From NCBI RefSeq assembly GCF_006345805.1, contig NC_043003.1:12896001-12960000 (forward strand): a stretch of 64,000 nucleotides of DNA, in the 5' to 3' direction. The notes below the pieces were generated by a model. That model was not told the origin of the DNA. It was given only the letters and a program-made list of their open reading frames with translations, and ran no database searches. Positions 12,355 through 24,230 of the stretch are shown here, one piece after another. This DNA comes from Octopus sinensis (lineage: Eukaryota). Numbering within the stretch: the stretch's first letter is position 1; the number at the start of each line of letters is the position of its first letter. The translations under genes were made by a program, and so were the position numbers.

Positions 12355-12743
12355 AACCTTTTAACATTCAGGTTATTCTGTCTAATGTAATGCTTTATCT
12401 ATTCATATTCTTTTGATTTAATCATGTATTATCTTGTGGCTTTGAGGTTTCAATTATGTGGTTGTTTATTTCTTAGAATGACATTGTAGGGTAGGTGTGA
12501 AAGGTTGGATCTGGCTGTTTTAAATATTAACCGTTTAGCATTCGGATTATCCTGTCCAATGTAATGTTTATTTATTCACTTAATTTTGAATTAATCATGC
12601 ATTTTGTCTTTACTTCAAGATTTCAGTGATTACTTACTTTTAGAATGCAGGGTAGGTATGACAGGCTGAATCTAGTCAGTTTAAACATAAAGCAGGTAGA
12701 ATATTCGGGTTGGATGTGGCCGGTTTAAATGCCAAAGGGTTAA
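12355..12743. mobile_element. Second TTAA-type MITE family, two degraded copies (another partial copy at ~26535-26607)
   Basis: Termini resemble ttaaccctttagcattc ... aatgccaaagggttaa. The internal tagaatgacattgtagggtaggtgtga is shared with 26540. Confidence 0.6.
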
Positions 12744-13125
12744 ACATAACCCTTGTGTCTGTAGAATTATAAACCATTTTTCAATGAGTTGTAACGTATT
12801 AATCAGATTGATGTTAGGGGGAAATGAAGGAAAGTTTTACAAACCTTATGATCAGTAGTTTTTCTTCTTCTCAGAACAACATTACCAATAACCCTAATAT
12901 CACTTAATAAAATATCTTTAATATATTAAGGCTGACATTCTCTCATTGCCCACTTTCTTTCACATTATCTCCAAGGTGTTGGTTAATGCTTGAAGCTTAT
13001 AATTTTCTAAACCCATTATCTTAATTTATTCAATTTTTGCTTAGCTTTCTACCACTGAATAAGAAATTATTGTTTCCATGTAATATAAAACTTGTAAACT
13101 ATATCTACTAATTTTATTCTTATAG

Positions 13126-13137
13126 GTTTGTGGCAGG
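13126..13137 (+). CDS. Candidate 12-nt microexon GTTTGTGGCAGG
   Basis: ctaat branch point, ttttattcttatAG acceptor and consensus AGG|GTAAGT donor 12 nt apart. Frame-preserving. No transcript evidence. Confidence 0.45.
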
Positions 13138-13492
13138 GTAAGTGGCTCTTTGAAATGTTTTTATTATTATTATTATCATTATTATTATTATCATTAAAAT
13201 ACACAATGCAATTTTTTTTGCTGTTAACCATATTTTAAAAAAATTAAGAGACAATAAAATCATGTATAGACTTTGTTACTTTAATTAGTATTTGAAGGCT
13301 TCGGATATTTATTGAAACCCTTTGCTCAAGAAGCTTAAGGGAATTCTTTTACTGGAAGATAAAGCTGTAATGAAGAACTTTTTAATATATCTGTATGAAG
13401 TCCACTTCCTTTTTATGTCATTTAATTTTGAATTAGCTCAATGAAGGTGGTTCTTGTAAAAACGAAATAGAACTGCCAGGAATGATATTGAG

Positions 13493-13790
13493 CAGTGGTT
13501 CTCAACCGGGGCCCATAGAAGAATTTTGGAGGTCCCACACGAGCAAAATAGCAAATTGGGGATCCATAGTAGTGTATCGAGGGTCCATGAAACAGCAGGA
13601 TTTCTTTCTCTGTTTTACATGGTTCAAACCACAAAAGTCAATGTGTGAAAAGCAAAATAGGGATTTTGAAAGAAGTATCTATACAAATAGATTTTAAACA
13701 TCGAATGGCGGTGGGTAGGGTCACCAGGATAAAATAGGAGTCAAAATGGTTCCATTGGTTGAAAAAAAAAAAAACGGTTGAGAACCTCTG
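13493..13790. mobile_element. hAT (Charlie-like) MITE
   Basis: TIRs CAGTGGTTCTCAACC / GGTTGAGAACCTCTG. The 8-bp TSD is not preserved. Confidence 0.7.
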
Positions 13791-14063
13791 AAGTAGGGAA
13801 GGAAAAGAAAAGAAAAAAGAAATGGGAAAAAAATTATGAATGAATGATAGGGTATATTCTTCAAAATTATTACAAAAAAAAATGAATATTTAAAAAATTT
13901 GGTGTGCACATTTTATTAACAGCAAATTCGTTTCACTATGTAGCCAGCCTCTGCCTTTTAGCTTATCGGCAAAATGTTAAGTAATTTTAAAGCACTGCTA
14001 TGTGCACATTGTTTGGGTGCGTGTATGTATATATATATATGTATGTATATATATGTATATATA

Positions 14064-14098
<35 letters not shown>

Positions 14099-14774
14099 CA
14101 TTTAGGTAGTTGCCTTTTTTTTTTTGAACAGCTTTGAGTCACCTGCAACACAGGTTTTGATACTATAGCTTCTCACATAGAAATCATATGTGTGTATATA
14201 TATATATATATGACTGATGTAATAGGTCTTTAATAACACTCCTGCTAAATCCACATTGCCACATATTTTAAACCTAGAGAGTTTTAATAATATTCACTAC
14301 TAATTCAATAAGTTAAGATTTAAAGAAAAATGTTCTTAAAATTATAATTGCTACTTTCGCTTTCATGAAATTAAATTTGAAGTCAGTATCATTATTATTA
14401 TTATTAATATTGTTATTTTTTTCCCAATTAATACAGTTCTTTTTCCCATAGTTATCAATATATATACAGTCATCAGTTTGGTTATTCATTATTTCTGTTA
14501 TTCTATCCATTATATTGCTTCTATCCATTATATAGTAGATCTGCACAGGTTAACTATGTTATTGATATATTTATTAATAATATTATTATTATTATTATCG
14601 TTATTATTACTGTGAAAATTTGTCCGTGACACCTGCTGTATTTACATGTTATTTACTTGGTGCCACCCAGACACCTGAGATAGATGATGGATATAATGTG
14701 CTCTAAGGAAACGGGATATTATATGACGTCGAGAAGTAGTCGGACCGGATAAATTAAATACAAATATGTACATG

Positions 14775-15612
14775 AGTGGTTGGTGAGCTGGCAGAATTGT
14801 TAGCATGCTTAGTGGTATTTCGCACATCACTACATTCTGAGTTCAAGTTTCACTGAGGTCGACTTTGCCTTTCATCCTTTTGGGGTTGATAAATTAAGTA
14901 AAAGTGGAACACCAGAGTCGATGTAATCGACTAGTCCCCTCCCCCCAAATTTCAGTGCCTTTAGTAGAAAGGATTATTATTATTATCATCATCATCAAGG
15001 TGGCAAGTTGGCAGAATCATTAGCATGTTGGACAAAATGCTTAGTGGTATTTCACTCGTCGCTATGTTCCGAGTTCAAATTCCACCGAGGTCGACTTTAC
15101 CTTTCATCCTTTCGGGATTAATAAATTAAATACTAATTAAACACTGGGTTCAATGTAATCAGCTTGATCCTTCCCCCAAATTTCAGGCCTTGTGCCTACA
15201 ATAGAAAGGATTGTTGTTATTATTATTATTATTGTTAAGGCAGTGAGCTGGCAGAATTGTCAGCACACCGGGTGAAATTGCTTATCGGTATTTCATCTGT
15301 CTTCATGTTCTGGGTTCAAATTCTGCTGAGGTTGACTTTACTTTTCATCCTTTCAAGGTCGATGAAATAAGTTCCATTTGAACACTGGGGTCGATGTAGT
15401 CGAGTATGCCTGTCCCTGAAACCAAATTTCTGCCCCTGTGCCTATAATAGAAAGGATTATTATTGTTGTTGTTATTATTGTTATTAAGGACTGTACCTTT
15501 CATTCTTTCAGGGTCAATAAATTAAGTACCAGTGAAATACTGGGGTTGATGTAATCAACTAGCCCCGCCCCCAAAATTTCAGGCCTATTGCCTGTAGTAG
15601 AAAGGGTTATTA
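14775..15612 (+). mobile_element. Train of four family A SINEs, each ending in an (ATT)n tail
   Basis: Copies start near 14775, 14998, 15237 and 15490, separated by attattatt/gttgtt runs. Confidence 0.8.
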
Positions 15613-16177
15613 TTATCATTATTGAGTGAGCAGTGCATGCCATCAAAGTGACACTGGGGTAAAATATACGAAGCCCAATATACCCATCATGACTACCCGT
15701 CTGATAAGGGTACACCAGGCACATGCATCACAACCATATGTGCGCGATATGGTGATCTCATATCAAGATAAACAGCACATGACCTTGCAGGTGGGGCCCA
15801 GTTAGAATTTTCTTCAGGTTGAGTAGCCCATCCCGCTCAAAAGGTCCTTGAATAAGGGTTGTTTAAGGATGTTGAAAGAACCACCCATGTTTCCAGAGGT
15901 GAATTATTCAAACCCCAAAGAATCCCTCTCAACACATGGCTATGATACTCCCCAACTACTTCTGCTCGTGATCAGAGATGCACATATCGTCAGCCACTAA
16001 GGGACATACTCAACTGGTTAAGGTCAAACAACTGACAAGCAAATCTGTGGTATTGAGCAGAATATTTGCTGTAACCCATCTTTTATACCAAGACAAAACA
16101 ATGTACATGATAACACTTCCAATCACTTAAGATCAGTAGCCATGAGAGCTACTGCTTGGTACTGCATCAGGGCATTA

Positions 16178-16226
<49 letters not shown>

Positions 16227-16230
16227 GTGG
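15613..16230 (+). mobile_element. Unclassified ~550-bp interspersed repeat with an (ATT)n tail, probably a LINE 3' region
   Basis: Its 3' end matches 1-122 of the window. No ORF. Confidence 0.6.
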
Positions 16231-16999
16231 CGAGCTGGCAGAATCATTAAGGTGCCGGGTAAAATGCTTAGTGGCATTTTGTCTGTCTCTGTGTTCTTAG
16301 TTCAAATTCCACTGAGGTCAACTGTGCCTTTCATCCTTTTGGGATCAATAAAACAACCACCAGTTCAACACTGTGGTTGATGTAATCAATTGGATCCTTC
16401 CCCTAAAATTTCAGGCCTCGTGTCTATAGCAGGAAGGTTTAGTATGTTCTGAGTCCAAATGTTGCTTAGGTTGTCTTTGCCTTTCATCCTGTCAGGGTCC
16501 TTAAAACAAGTTCATACAAACAACACAAGTGTGTGTACACATACATACATACATACATACATACATACATACATACATACATACTGTATGTTATTGGTTA
16601 CAGAGATGGCTATGTGGTTGATAGTTTTTGCCTGAAAAGCTGCATGTGGTTTACATATGGCTGGGCACTTCATCACATGTTCCAATTGATTTGCCGAGTG
16701 TTCCAGCCTGCACGTGAAATTAGTGTACAAGTGGCCAAGTACTCCAGAGACAAGCATACTCTTAATGTAGTTCTCAGGGGGATTCAGCATGGCTCACTAA
16801 ATGTGATCAGGCTGGCCCTTCGAAATACATGTACAATTTTGCCAGCTGATTGAACTGGAGCAACATGAAATAAATTGTCTTGCTCATAGACACATTGAAC
16901 TGTTGGGAATTGAACTTAGGACCTTATGATTGTGAGCCAAATACACTGATTAGTAAGCCATGTGTCTTAACGGTTTACATGTATAATAATGTTACAAAA

Positions 17000-17325
17000 T
17001 CAAGATGTAGGACAAGATACTGCAATAGCCTGGGCTTCAGAGGTCCATAGCTCTTCAATATCCTCCCAAAGGACCTGACAGACCTGAGGTGGATGTAGGT
17101 GTCTTCAAAACAAAGCTGGACCTCTTCCTGTCAAATGTCCCAGATGAACCAACTTTGCAGCATAAGGTGCAGATGAGGACAGCTGCATCAAACTCTGTCA
17201 TGCACCAAATGTCAATTGCTAAAAAGCATTGATGAAGTAAAATCATGTAGCAACACCAAATGGCAGTGCCCCAGCATGGCCACAGCTCGTGAGCTGAAAC
17301 TAGATGAAATAAAATAAATAAAAAT
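17000..17325 (+). mobile_element. CR1-group LINE 3' end
   Basis: Reads CNSLGFRGP*LFNILPK / VDVGVFKTKLDLFLSNVPDEPT...RTAASNS, a typical CR1/L2-group RT C-terminus, followed by an A-rich tail. Confidence 0.75.
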
Positions 17326-17442
17326 ATATGCATATTAATATTAGTATCCATGAAATGTATATACTATATAGTGTTGAAACACATGTATCGAAAGAATTAG
17401 ATGTAATACCATTAATTCTACTTTTTAGATTTATTATGTGTG

Positions 17443-17554
<112 letters not shown>

Positions 17555-18321
17555 GGCATGTAAAAAGCACCAACCAATCGTGGCCGTTGCCAGCCTCGCG
17601 TGGCACGTAAGATGCACCCACTACATTCATGGAGTGGTTGGTGTGAGGAAGGGCATCCAGCTGTAGAAACTGCCAGATCAGACTGGAGCAGCCTCCTGGC
17701 TTCCCAGACCCTGGTCAAACCGTCCAACCCATGCTAGCATGGAAAATGGACGTTAAGCGATGATGATATATATATGTTTAAGCATATAAATTTTTTTACT
17801 GAAATTCAATGTTAGTAATAAACTATTTGATACTTAATGAACTGTTGGGTGATATAATATTATGAATTAAATATTTATTAGGCCAATAATAAGAATTATT
17901 TTAATCTCCCAAGGCTGGCTATTTGTGGCATTGATAGGACAATAAGACAATTGGTTAAAGGATTTAGTTAAAGTGTCCTTTATTTCCTGACTTGAAATTC
18001 ACCCAAGGGCAACTTTGTCTTTTACCCTTCTAATGTTGATAAAGTACCAGTGACGTATATAAGGGTTGATTTCTTCAGTTAGTCCCATGCCCAAAAGTTG
18101 TGGCCCTGTATCTGAATCTCTTAGGATTTTGTCAAGCAGAATCCTTAGAGGATTGGATAAAATGTTTTGTGCTATTTTCTTTGGCCCTTTTATATTGAGT
18201 TGAAATTCTGTTAAGATCAACTCTGCCTTTCATCCTTATAAGAGGAAGTACCAGTCATTTTACTGGGATCAATACAATAGATTTTCCCCCCTAAATTTGT
18301 AGCCTCGTGATTATGTTAGAA

Positions 18322-18360
<39 letters not shown>

Positions 18361-19349
18361 GCAAGCTGACAGAATTGTTGGCATCTTGGGAGAAATGCTT
18401 AGCAGCAATTCGTCCATCATTATGATCTGAGTTCAAATTCTGCTGAGGTCGACTTTGCTTTTCATCTTTTTTGGGGGTTGATAAAATAAGTACCAGTGGA
18501 ACACTGGGGTTGATGTAACCAACTTAACCCCTTCCTGAAATTTTTGGCCTTGTGCCAAAATTTGAAGCCATCATTATTATTATTGTTGTTGTTCCTTTTG
18601 TTTTTGTGTTTCGCTTTAAAAAACAAACTCATTACAACTTTTAGTTAAAATGTTTGATAGTGTAATTTATTTACCTAGGGTTATGTCATGCTGATGATTT
18701 TAAATAAGGATGAAATGGCACTGTACATGGCTACTTATGAGGAGAAAGTTTATGATCTTTGTTATGAGTAAAGAAAAAAAGAGAAAATATAAATATATTC
18801 TGTGCTTTTTTTTATTATTATTCTTTGATTTAAAAATATAGCTTTTAACCCTAACAGGATTAATCTAAGAGCGATAATCTCCCTTATAATAACAGATGCC
18901 AGGGTACACCGTGTATGCAAATAGAAAAAAAATCCTTTTGGAATGACTTTATTATGATTTATATATTAATTGTGGATCCCTTTTTGTTATAATGTTTTTA
19001 TACTGTATGACAAAAAGAAAGGATGTATTATGTTTGCTGCCCCTGTGGAAAGGATATTCTTGTCTAGTAGTGTTGGAGTGATGGTTGAAATCTATTCATT
19101 CTGGTGGTGGTGGTGTTGGTAGTAGTTCTAGTAATGTTGTTATTGTTGTTGATGGTGGTGGTGGTGGCGGCTGTGGTGTTATTAGGAAATTCGAATAGGT
19201 TTGTAGACATTAGTAGTTAGTTTGAGTAGTAGTTTTTAGATCATTCAATCATCACTTCTGCTAATGGATAAGATTTTGAGCATTAGAAATAAACTTAAAA
19301 CTTTTTTGCCTTCTGTTTTTTTAATTTTTTATATTTATTATTATTATTA

Positions 19350-19740
19350 CTAGCAGTATTGCTTAGCGTTGCTCGGGTTTTTTCGACCCTTTAGAATTGG
19401 AATTTTTGAAAAGTAAAAATTTTGCATTATGTAGCTTTTTATTCTCTTTGAGTGAACATTTTTCTGGTTGAAATACACCGAAAAATGGCAACACAGCAGT
19501 CAAAAAATCGTAAAAAATAGGTATTTTCATAGAAAAAAAGCACCTTTTTGATGTAAATAATTTTTGGTGTTAACATGGTCCGATTTGAATTTTTTCTTCT
19601 ACGGAAGGAAGAGCAAGCCTTCTTCTATCATACTCTCAATTTTGGTCAACTTGCGTCGCAGGGTCTCAGAGGAGACAGTGTTAGTTGAAGGCTACCAAAC
19701 CTGCCATACACAGACAACTTCAGCTTTATATATAGAGAGA
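19350..19740 (-). mobile_element. Non-autonomous Helitron, interior type A
   Basis: On the minus strand: A|TC start, CCCGAGCAACGC hairpin region and CTAG|T end, with no TSD. Homologous to 32091-32479 and 50906-51293. Confidence 0.8.
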
Positions 19741-22049
19741 TTATTATTTTCTTTTTGGTCTGAGCACTATATCTTATAATGGAGATGACAGATATTTGGT
19801 GTCAGTTTTAAAATTTTCTCCCCTCCAACTTAGTCCCTTGAGAGTCATCTGCCCCTTCCACTCTGCTTCACTGCTGGTGTTTATTGATCTCTCGTCTCTA
19901 TGGTTGATAGATTCCACAGTAGGAATATCCCTGAGTCAAACCAAATGCTCCTGGATAGAACTAGTCTTTTATCAGATCAAAAGAAATCAGTATTTATATT
20001 CTCTGCAACAAAATGGACAATTAATATAAAACATGTAAAAAATATAATTAGCTTCTATCTCACTTGACACCCAAATCCTATCTTTTGGCCTTTATTGATT
20101 TTTGTTTTGAAAAAAAAAAATTGTTTTTATAAAATTTAATTATTTCATGCTTAATTTGTTTACTCTTGTTATTACAGATTTAAATGTGGATATCTTTTTA
20201 ATTGATTTTTATTTTTTTAAATTGCATAATTTCTGTAAAATGTTACCTGTATTTTATGTTGTTAGGATTACATTAATCTAAAGATGAGTGACCTGGGAGG
20301 GAGAGAGAGAGAATACTTGATCTTAGTTGTATTTCTTTGGTTGTTTAAGGAATTAACTTTTTTCTCACTCATAGTCCTTTACATTTTATAATCGGTATCA
20401 ATCCAGGGTGGCGAGCTGGCAGAAACGTTAGCACGCTGGGCGAAATGCGTAGCCGTATTTCGTCTGCCATTATGTTCTGAGTTCAAATTCCGCCGAGATC
20501 GACTTTGCCTTTCATCCTTTCGGGATCGATAAATTAAGTACCAGTTACGCACTGGGGTCGATGTAATCGGCTTGATCCATTTGTCTGTCCTTGTTTGTCC
20601 TCTCTGTGTTTAGCCCCTTGTGGGTAGTAAAGAAATAGGTATCAATCCAGGGTGCTGGATTAGCAGAACTGTGAGTCCGTCATCCCATTTATATGAATAG
20701 GGCTTTTCCATGTCTTGTGAGTTACTTGGCAACCCCACTAGTGTCAGTGGCATGGAAAAGGCATCCAACGTACTCTGTTAATTAGTTGGCTTTGGGAAGA
20801 GCATCCAACTGTGGAAAACATGCCATGGCTGATACTGGAACTTGATGCAGCCCTGCAGTTCACTGGATCCAACCATGCCAGCATAGAAAATGGATGTGAA
20901 AAAAAAATGATGAGGATAATAATAACATAGATGTAACATTTCTGAAATGGAAAATCCCAAAGCAACGTTTTTTGCTTCAGATTCTGGGAAATCCTTTAGC
21001 GTTTATCAGTTGCTCACCATCTGTGAAGCTTAAGTAAGATCTAGATTGGAATACAGCTCGCATTGCTGGGTTGCTACTGCTCTCTCTCTTTCTCTCTCTC
21101 TCTCCCAACCTGACATTTTTGGGAATCATTAACGTCCATGTCCCCTTGTCCCACATACAATGGGCTCAGATCATGTGTAGCTGCTGCAGTTACACATACA
21201 AAATACTATTCAGCAGATTGGCCATGATTCAATTCCTGATATCAAGCTATGGTTGGCTCATATGCATGTTTCACATATTTACTACAACTACTGCTGCTGC
21301 CCCTCCATCTCTGTATAAGCAAGCCTTATATCACCCCCCCCATTGCAGTCCAGCTTTCTGCTACTTCAACCTCCTGTGCAACACTCAAGATTCCAACAAG
21401 CAATTTAGACCCAATCATTCCTCCACCGGATTCCCTTACCTGTCTTTTTCAAACAGGAAACAATGTGCAGAAAGTTAAAGCCAAACATTGATTAATCACA
21501 TTGATCTTATGTAATATTTTCTGATCTGACAGGGTCAGCTGCAGAACACTGGGTACCTTGGCGGCGAGCTGGTAGAAATGTTAGCACGCCGGGCAAAATG
21601 TTTAGTCATATTTCGTCTGCCGCTACGTTCTGAGTTCAAATTCCGCTGAGGTCGACTTTGCCTTTCATCCTTCCGGGGTCGATAAATTAAGCACCAGTTA
21701 CGCACTGGGGTTGATGTAATCGACTTAATCCGTTTGTCTGTCCTTGTTTGTCCCCTCTGTGTTTAGCCCCTTCTGGGTAGTAAAGAAATAGGTATTTCAT
21801 TTGCCGCTATGTTCTGAGCTCAAATTCCGCTGAGGTCGACTTTCCCTTTCATTCTTTCGGGGTTGATAAATTAAGTACCAGTTACGCACTGGGGTCGATG
21901 TAATCGACTTAATCTGTTTGTCTGTCCTTGTTTGTCCCCTCTGTGTTTAGCCCCTTGTGGGTAGTAAAGAAATATATAGATCCTTCTTCCTGGTACCCTT
22001 GGTCACTCTACCAGGCACTCAATGTCTTGTAAACCACTATCTTTTAATT

Positions 22050-22695
22050 CCTCAGTACTAGTGAAGGCACTTGAGGTATTGAATTCAATTCCTGGATCGG
22101 GCTGTGTTGTGTTCTTGAGCAAGACACTTTATTTCACGTTGCTCTAGTTTACTCAGCTGTAGAAATGAGTTGTGACATCACTGGTGCCAAGCTGTGTCGG
22201 CTTTTGCTTTTCTCTTGGATAACATCAGTGGTATGGAAAGGGGAGTCTGGTATGCATGGGCGACTTGCTTGGACTTGTACCTCGTAGGGGAACTTTCTAG
22301 GTGCAATCCCATTGTCATTCATGCTGGAAGGTGGGGGTCTTTACTCTTTATAATGAAGGCACATGGCTCAATGGTTAGAGCATCAGGTTCACAATCAGGC
22401 AGTAGTGAGTTCGATTCCCAGACCAGGCTGCGCGTTGTGTTCTTGAGCAAGACACTTATTTCACGTTGCTCCAGTTCACTCAACTGTAGAAAGGAGTTGT
22501 GATGTCACTGGTACCAAGCTGTATTGGCCTTTGCCTTTCCCTTGGATAACATCAGTGGCTTTGAGAGGGGAGGCTGTTATGCATGGATGACTGCTGGTCT
22601 TCTATAGACAACCTGCCCAGGATGTGTGCCTTGGAGGGTAACTTTCTCGGTGCAATCCCATGGTCATTCATGACCGAAGGGGGTCTTTACCCATT
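22050..22695 (+). mobile_element. Two tandem copies of tRNA-derived SINE family E
   Basis: A/B-box head ggctcaatggttaga...gttcgattccc and gtgttcttgagcaagacactt body, repeated at ~22100 and ~22435. Related piece near 54225-54310. Confidence 0.65.
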
Positions 22696-23174
22696 ACAAG
22701 TGATTCTGAGGTGAAGCACTAACTTCATGGGCCTGCTAAAATATTTTCTACCCTTTAGCATGGCTGTGTAGTTAAAAGCAGCTCACTTTGCAACGATGCA
22801 GTTTCAGGTTCCGTCCCATTCTGTGGCACCTTGGGCAAGTGTCTTCTATTATGGTACTGGGCCGACCAATGCCTTGTGAGTGAATTTGGTAACTGCAAAC
22901 TGTGGGGAAACCTATTGTATATGTATGTGTGTCTTTCTGTATGCCCCTGTCCCACTGCTTGACAACCGGTGTTGGTTTGTTTATGTCCCCATAGCTTAGT
23001 GGTTTTAGCATTAAAGACTGATAGATACCAGACTTGAAAAAATAATAAGTACTGGGGTTGATTTGTTTGACCGCAACCCTTCAAGTTGGTGCCCCAATAT
23101 AGCTGCAGTCCAATGAATGAAGCAGATTAAAGATAAAGGATTAACTGTTTTGCCTGTCTACCTAAGTCTCCCTC

Positions 23175-23207
<33 letters not shown>

Positions 23208-23377
23208 GGCTGTTCCTGAAAGTATGTATTTTGTTCTCCTAAAGTAGAAAGGAAAGGAAAATTACTTTAGAATTAGTGGGTCATTTTCAGTCCTACTGTA
23301 GAGAGGGACAGGGGGGGGGGAGAGAGAGAGAGAGAGAGAGGTGAGAGAAAAATATGTGTGTGTATAATAATAATAAT

Positions 23378-23763
23378 AATTATAGTAAATGTGAAATTCT
23401 GTCCATCCATCCGGGACCCTTGTATTTCAGTCTACATTTACTCTATATAGACATATTATACCTTTTTGGAACCAAGACAATCCCAAGATTGAAAATCTGC
23501 CCTTCATTTGGTTCTTGAACATCCAGCATTGGGATCAGGTCTGGACGAGAATTTGTCATATGCCAACAGTTGGAAATTCAAATTTTAAAAGAACTCCCAA
23601 AATTTGTGAATTTACAAGTTTTACATTTAAACTGAATTTAAAGTAATACCATATTGGTAGGGTACCAATGAATACTTTCTTATTAACTGCTCACCCTAGT
23701 TTTGGGCTGCAGGACCAATTAGCCCACTGCAGGAGCTAGCAGGAGTGCGGCTTCGTTAGCTAG
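23378..23763 (+). mobile_element. Non-autonomous Helitron-like element, third family
   Basis: Ends in a GC-rich imperfect hairpin then CTAG|T. The 5' region aatgtgaaattctgtccatccatcc resembles Helitron starts. The 5' TC is degraded. Confidence 0.5.
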
Positions 23764-23765
23764 TA

Positions 23766-23805
<40 letters not shown>

Positions 23806-23806
<1 letters not shown>

Positions 23807-24208
23807 GCACAGGAGTGGCTGTGTCGTAAGTAGCTTGCTAACCAACCACATGGTTCCGGGTTCAGTCCCACTGCGTGGCATCTTGGGCAAGTGTCTTCTG
23901 CTATAACCCCAGGCCGACCAATGCCTTGTGAGTGGATCTGGTAGACGGAAACTGAAAGAAGCCTGTTATATATATGTATATACATATGCGTGTGTGTGTT
24001 TGTGTGTCTGTGTTTGTCCCCCTAGCATTGCTTGACAACCGATGCTGGTGTGCTTATGTCCCCGTCACTTAGTGGTTCGGCAAAAGAGACCGAAAGAATA
24101 AGTACTGGGCTTACAAAGAATAAGTCCTGGGGTCGATTTGCTTGACTAAAGGCGGTGCTCCAGCATGGCCGCAGTCAAATGACTGAAACAAGTAAAAGAG
24201 TAAAGAAA
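23806..24208 (+). mobile_element. Bipartite CORE-type tRNA SINE (family B, OR2-like), full-length example
   Basis: tRNA-like head, ccttgggcaagtgtcttct CORE-like block, internal microsatellite, then gatagaataagtact...ccagcatggccgcagtcaaatgactgaaac tail. Other copies near 9440(-), 22750, 26040(-), 31320(-), 34105, 34750, 35870, 43808, 47370(-), 49330(-), 54722, 56375 and 60650. Confidence 0.75.
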
Positions 24209-24230
24209 GAGTATATATATGTTACATATA

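Noticed and set aside
20178-20210. Acceptor-like ttgttattacAG
   Set aside because: No convincing peptide or donor downstream. The sequence is AT-rich and non-coding-like.
21071-21491. 135-aa and 80-aa ORFs
   Set aside because: No recognisable domain, no coherent splice sites, and the ORF starts in a CT repeat.
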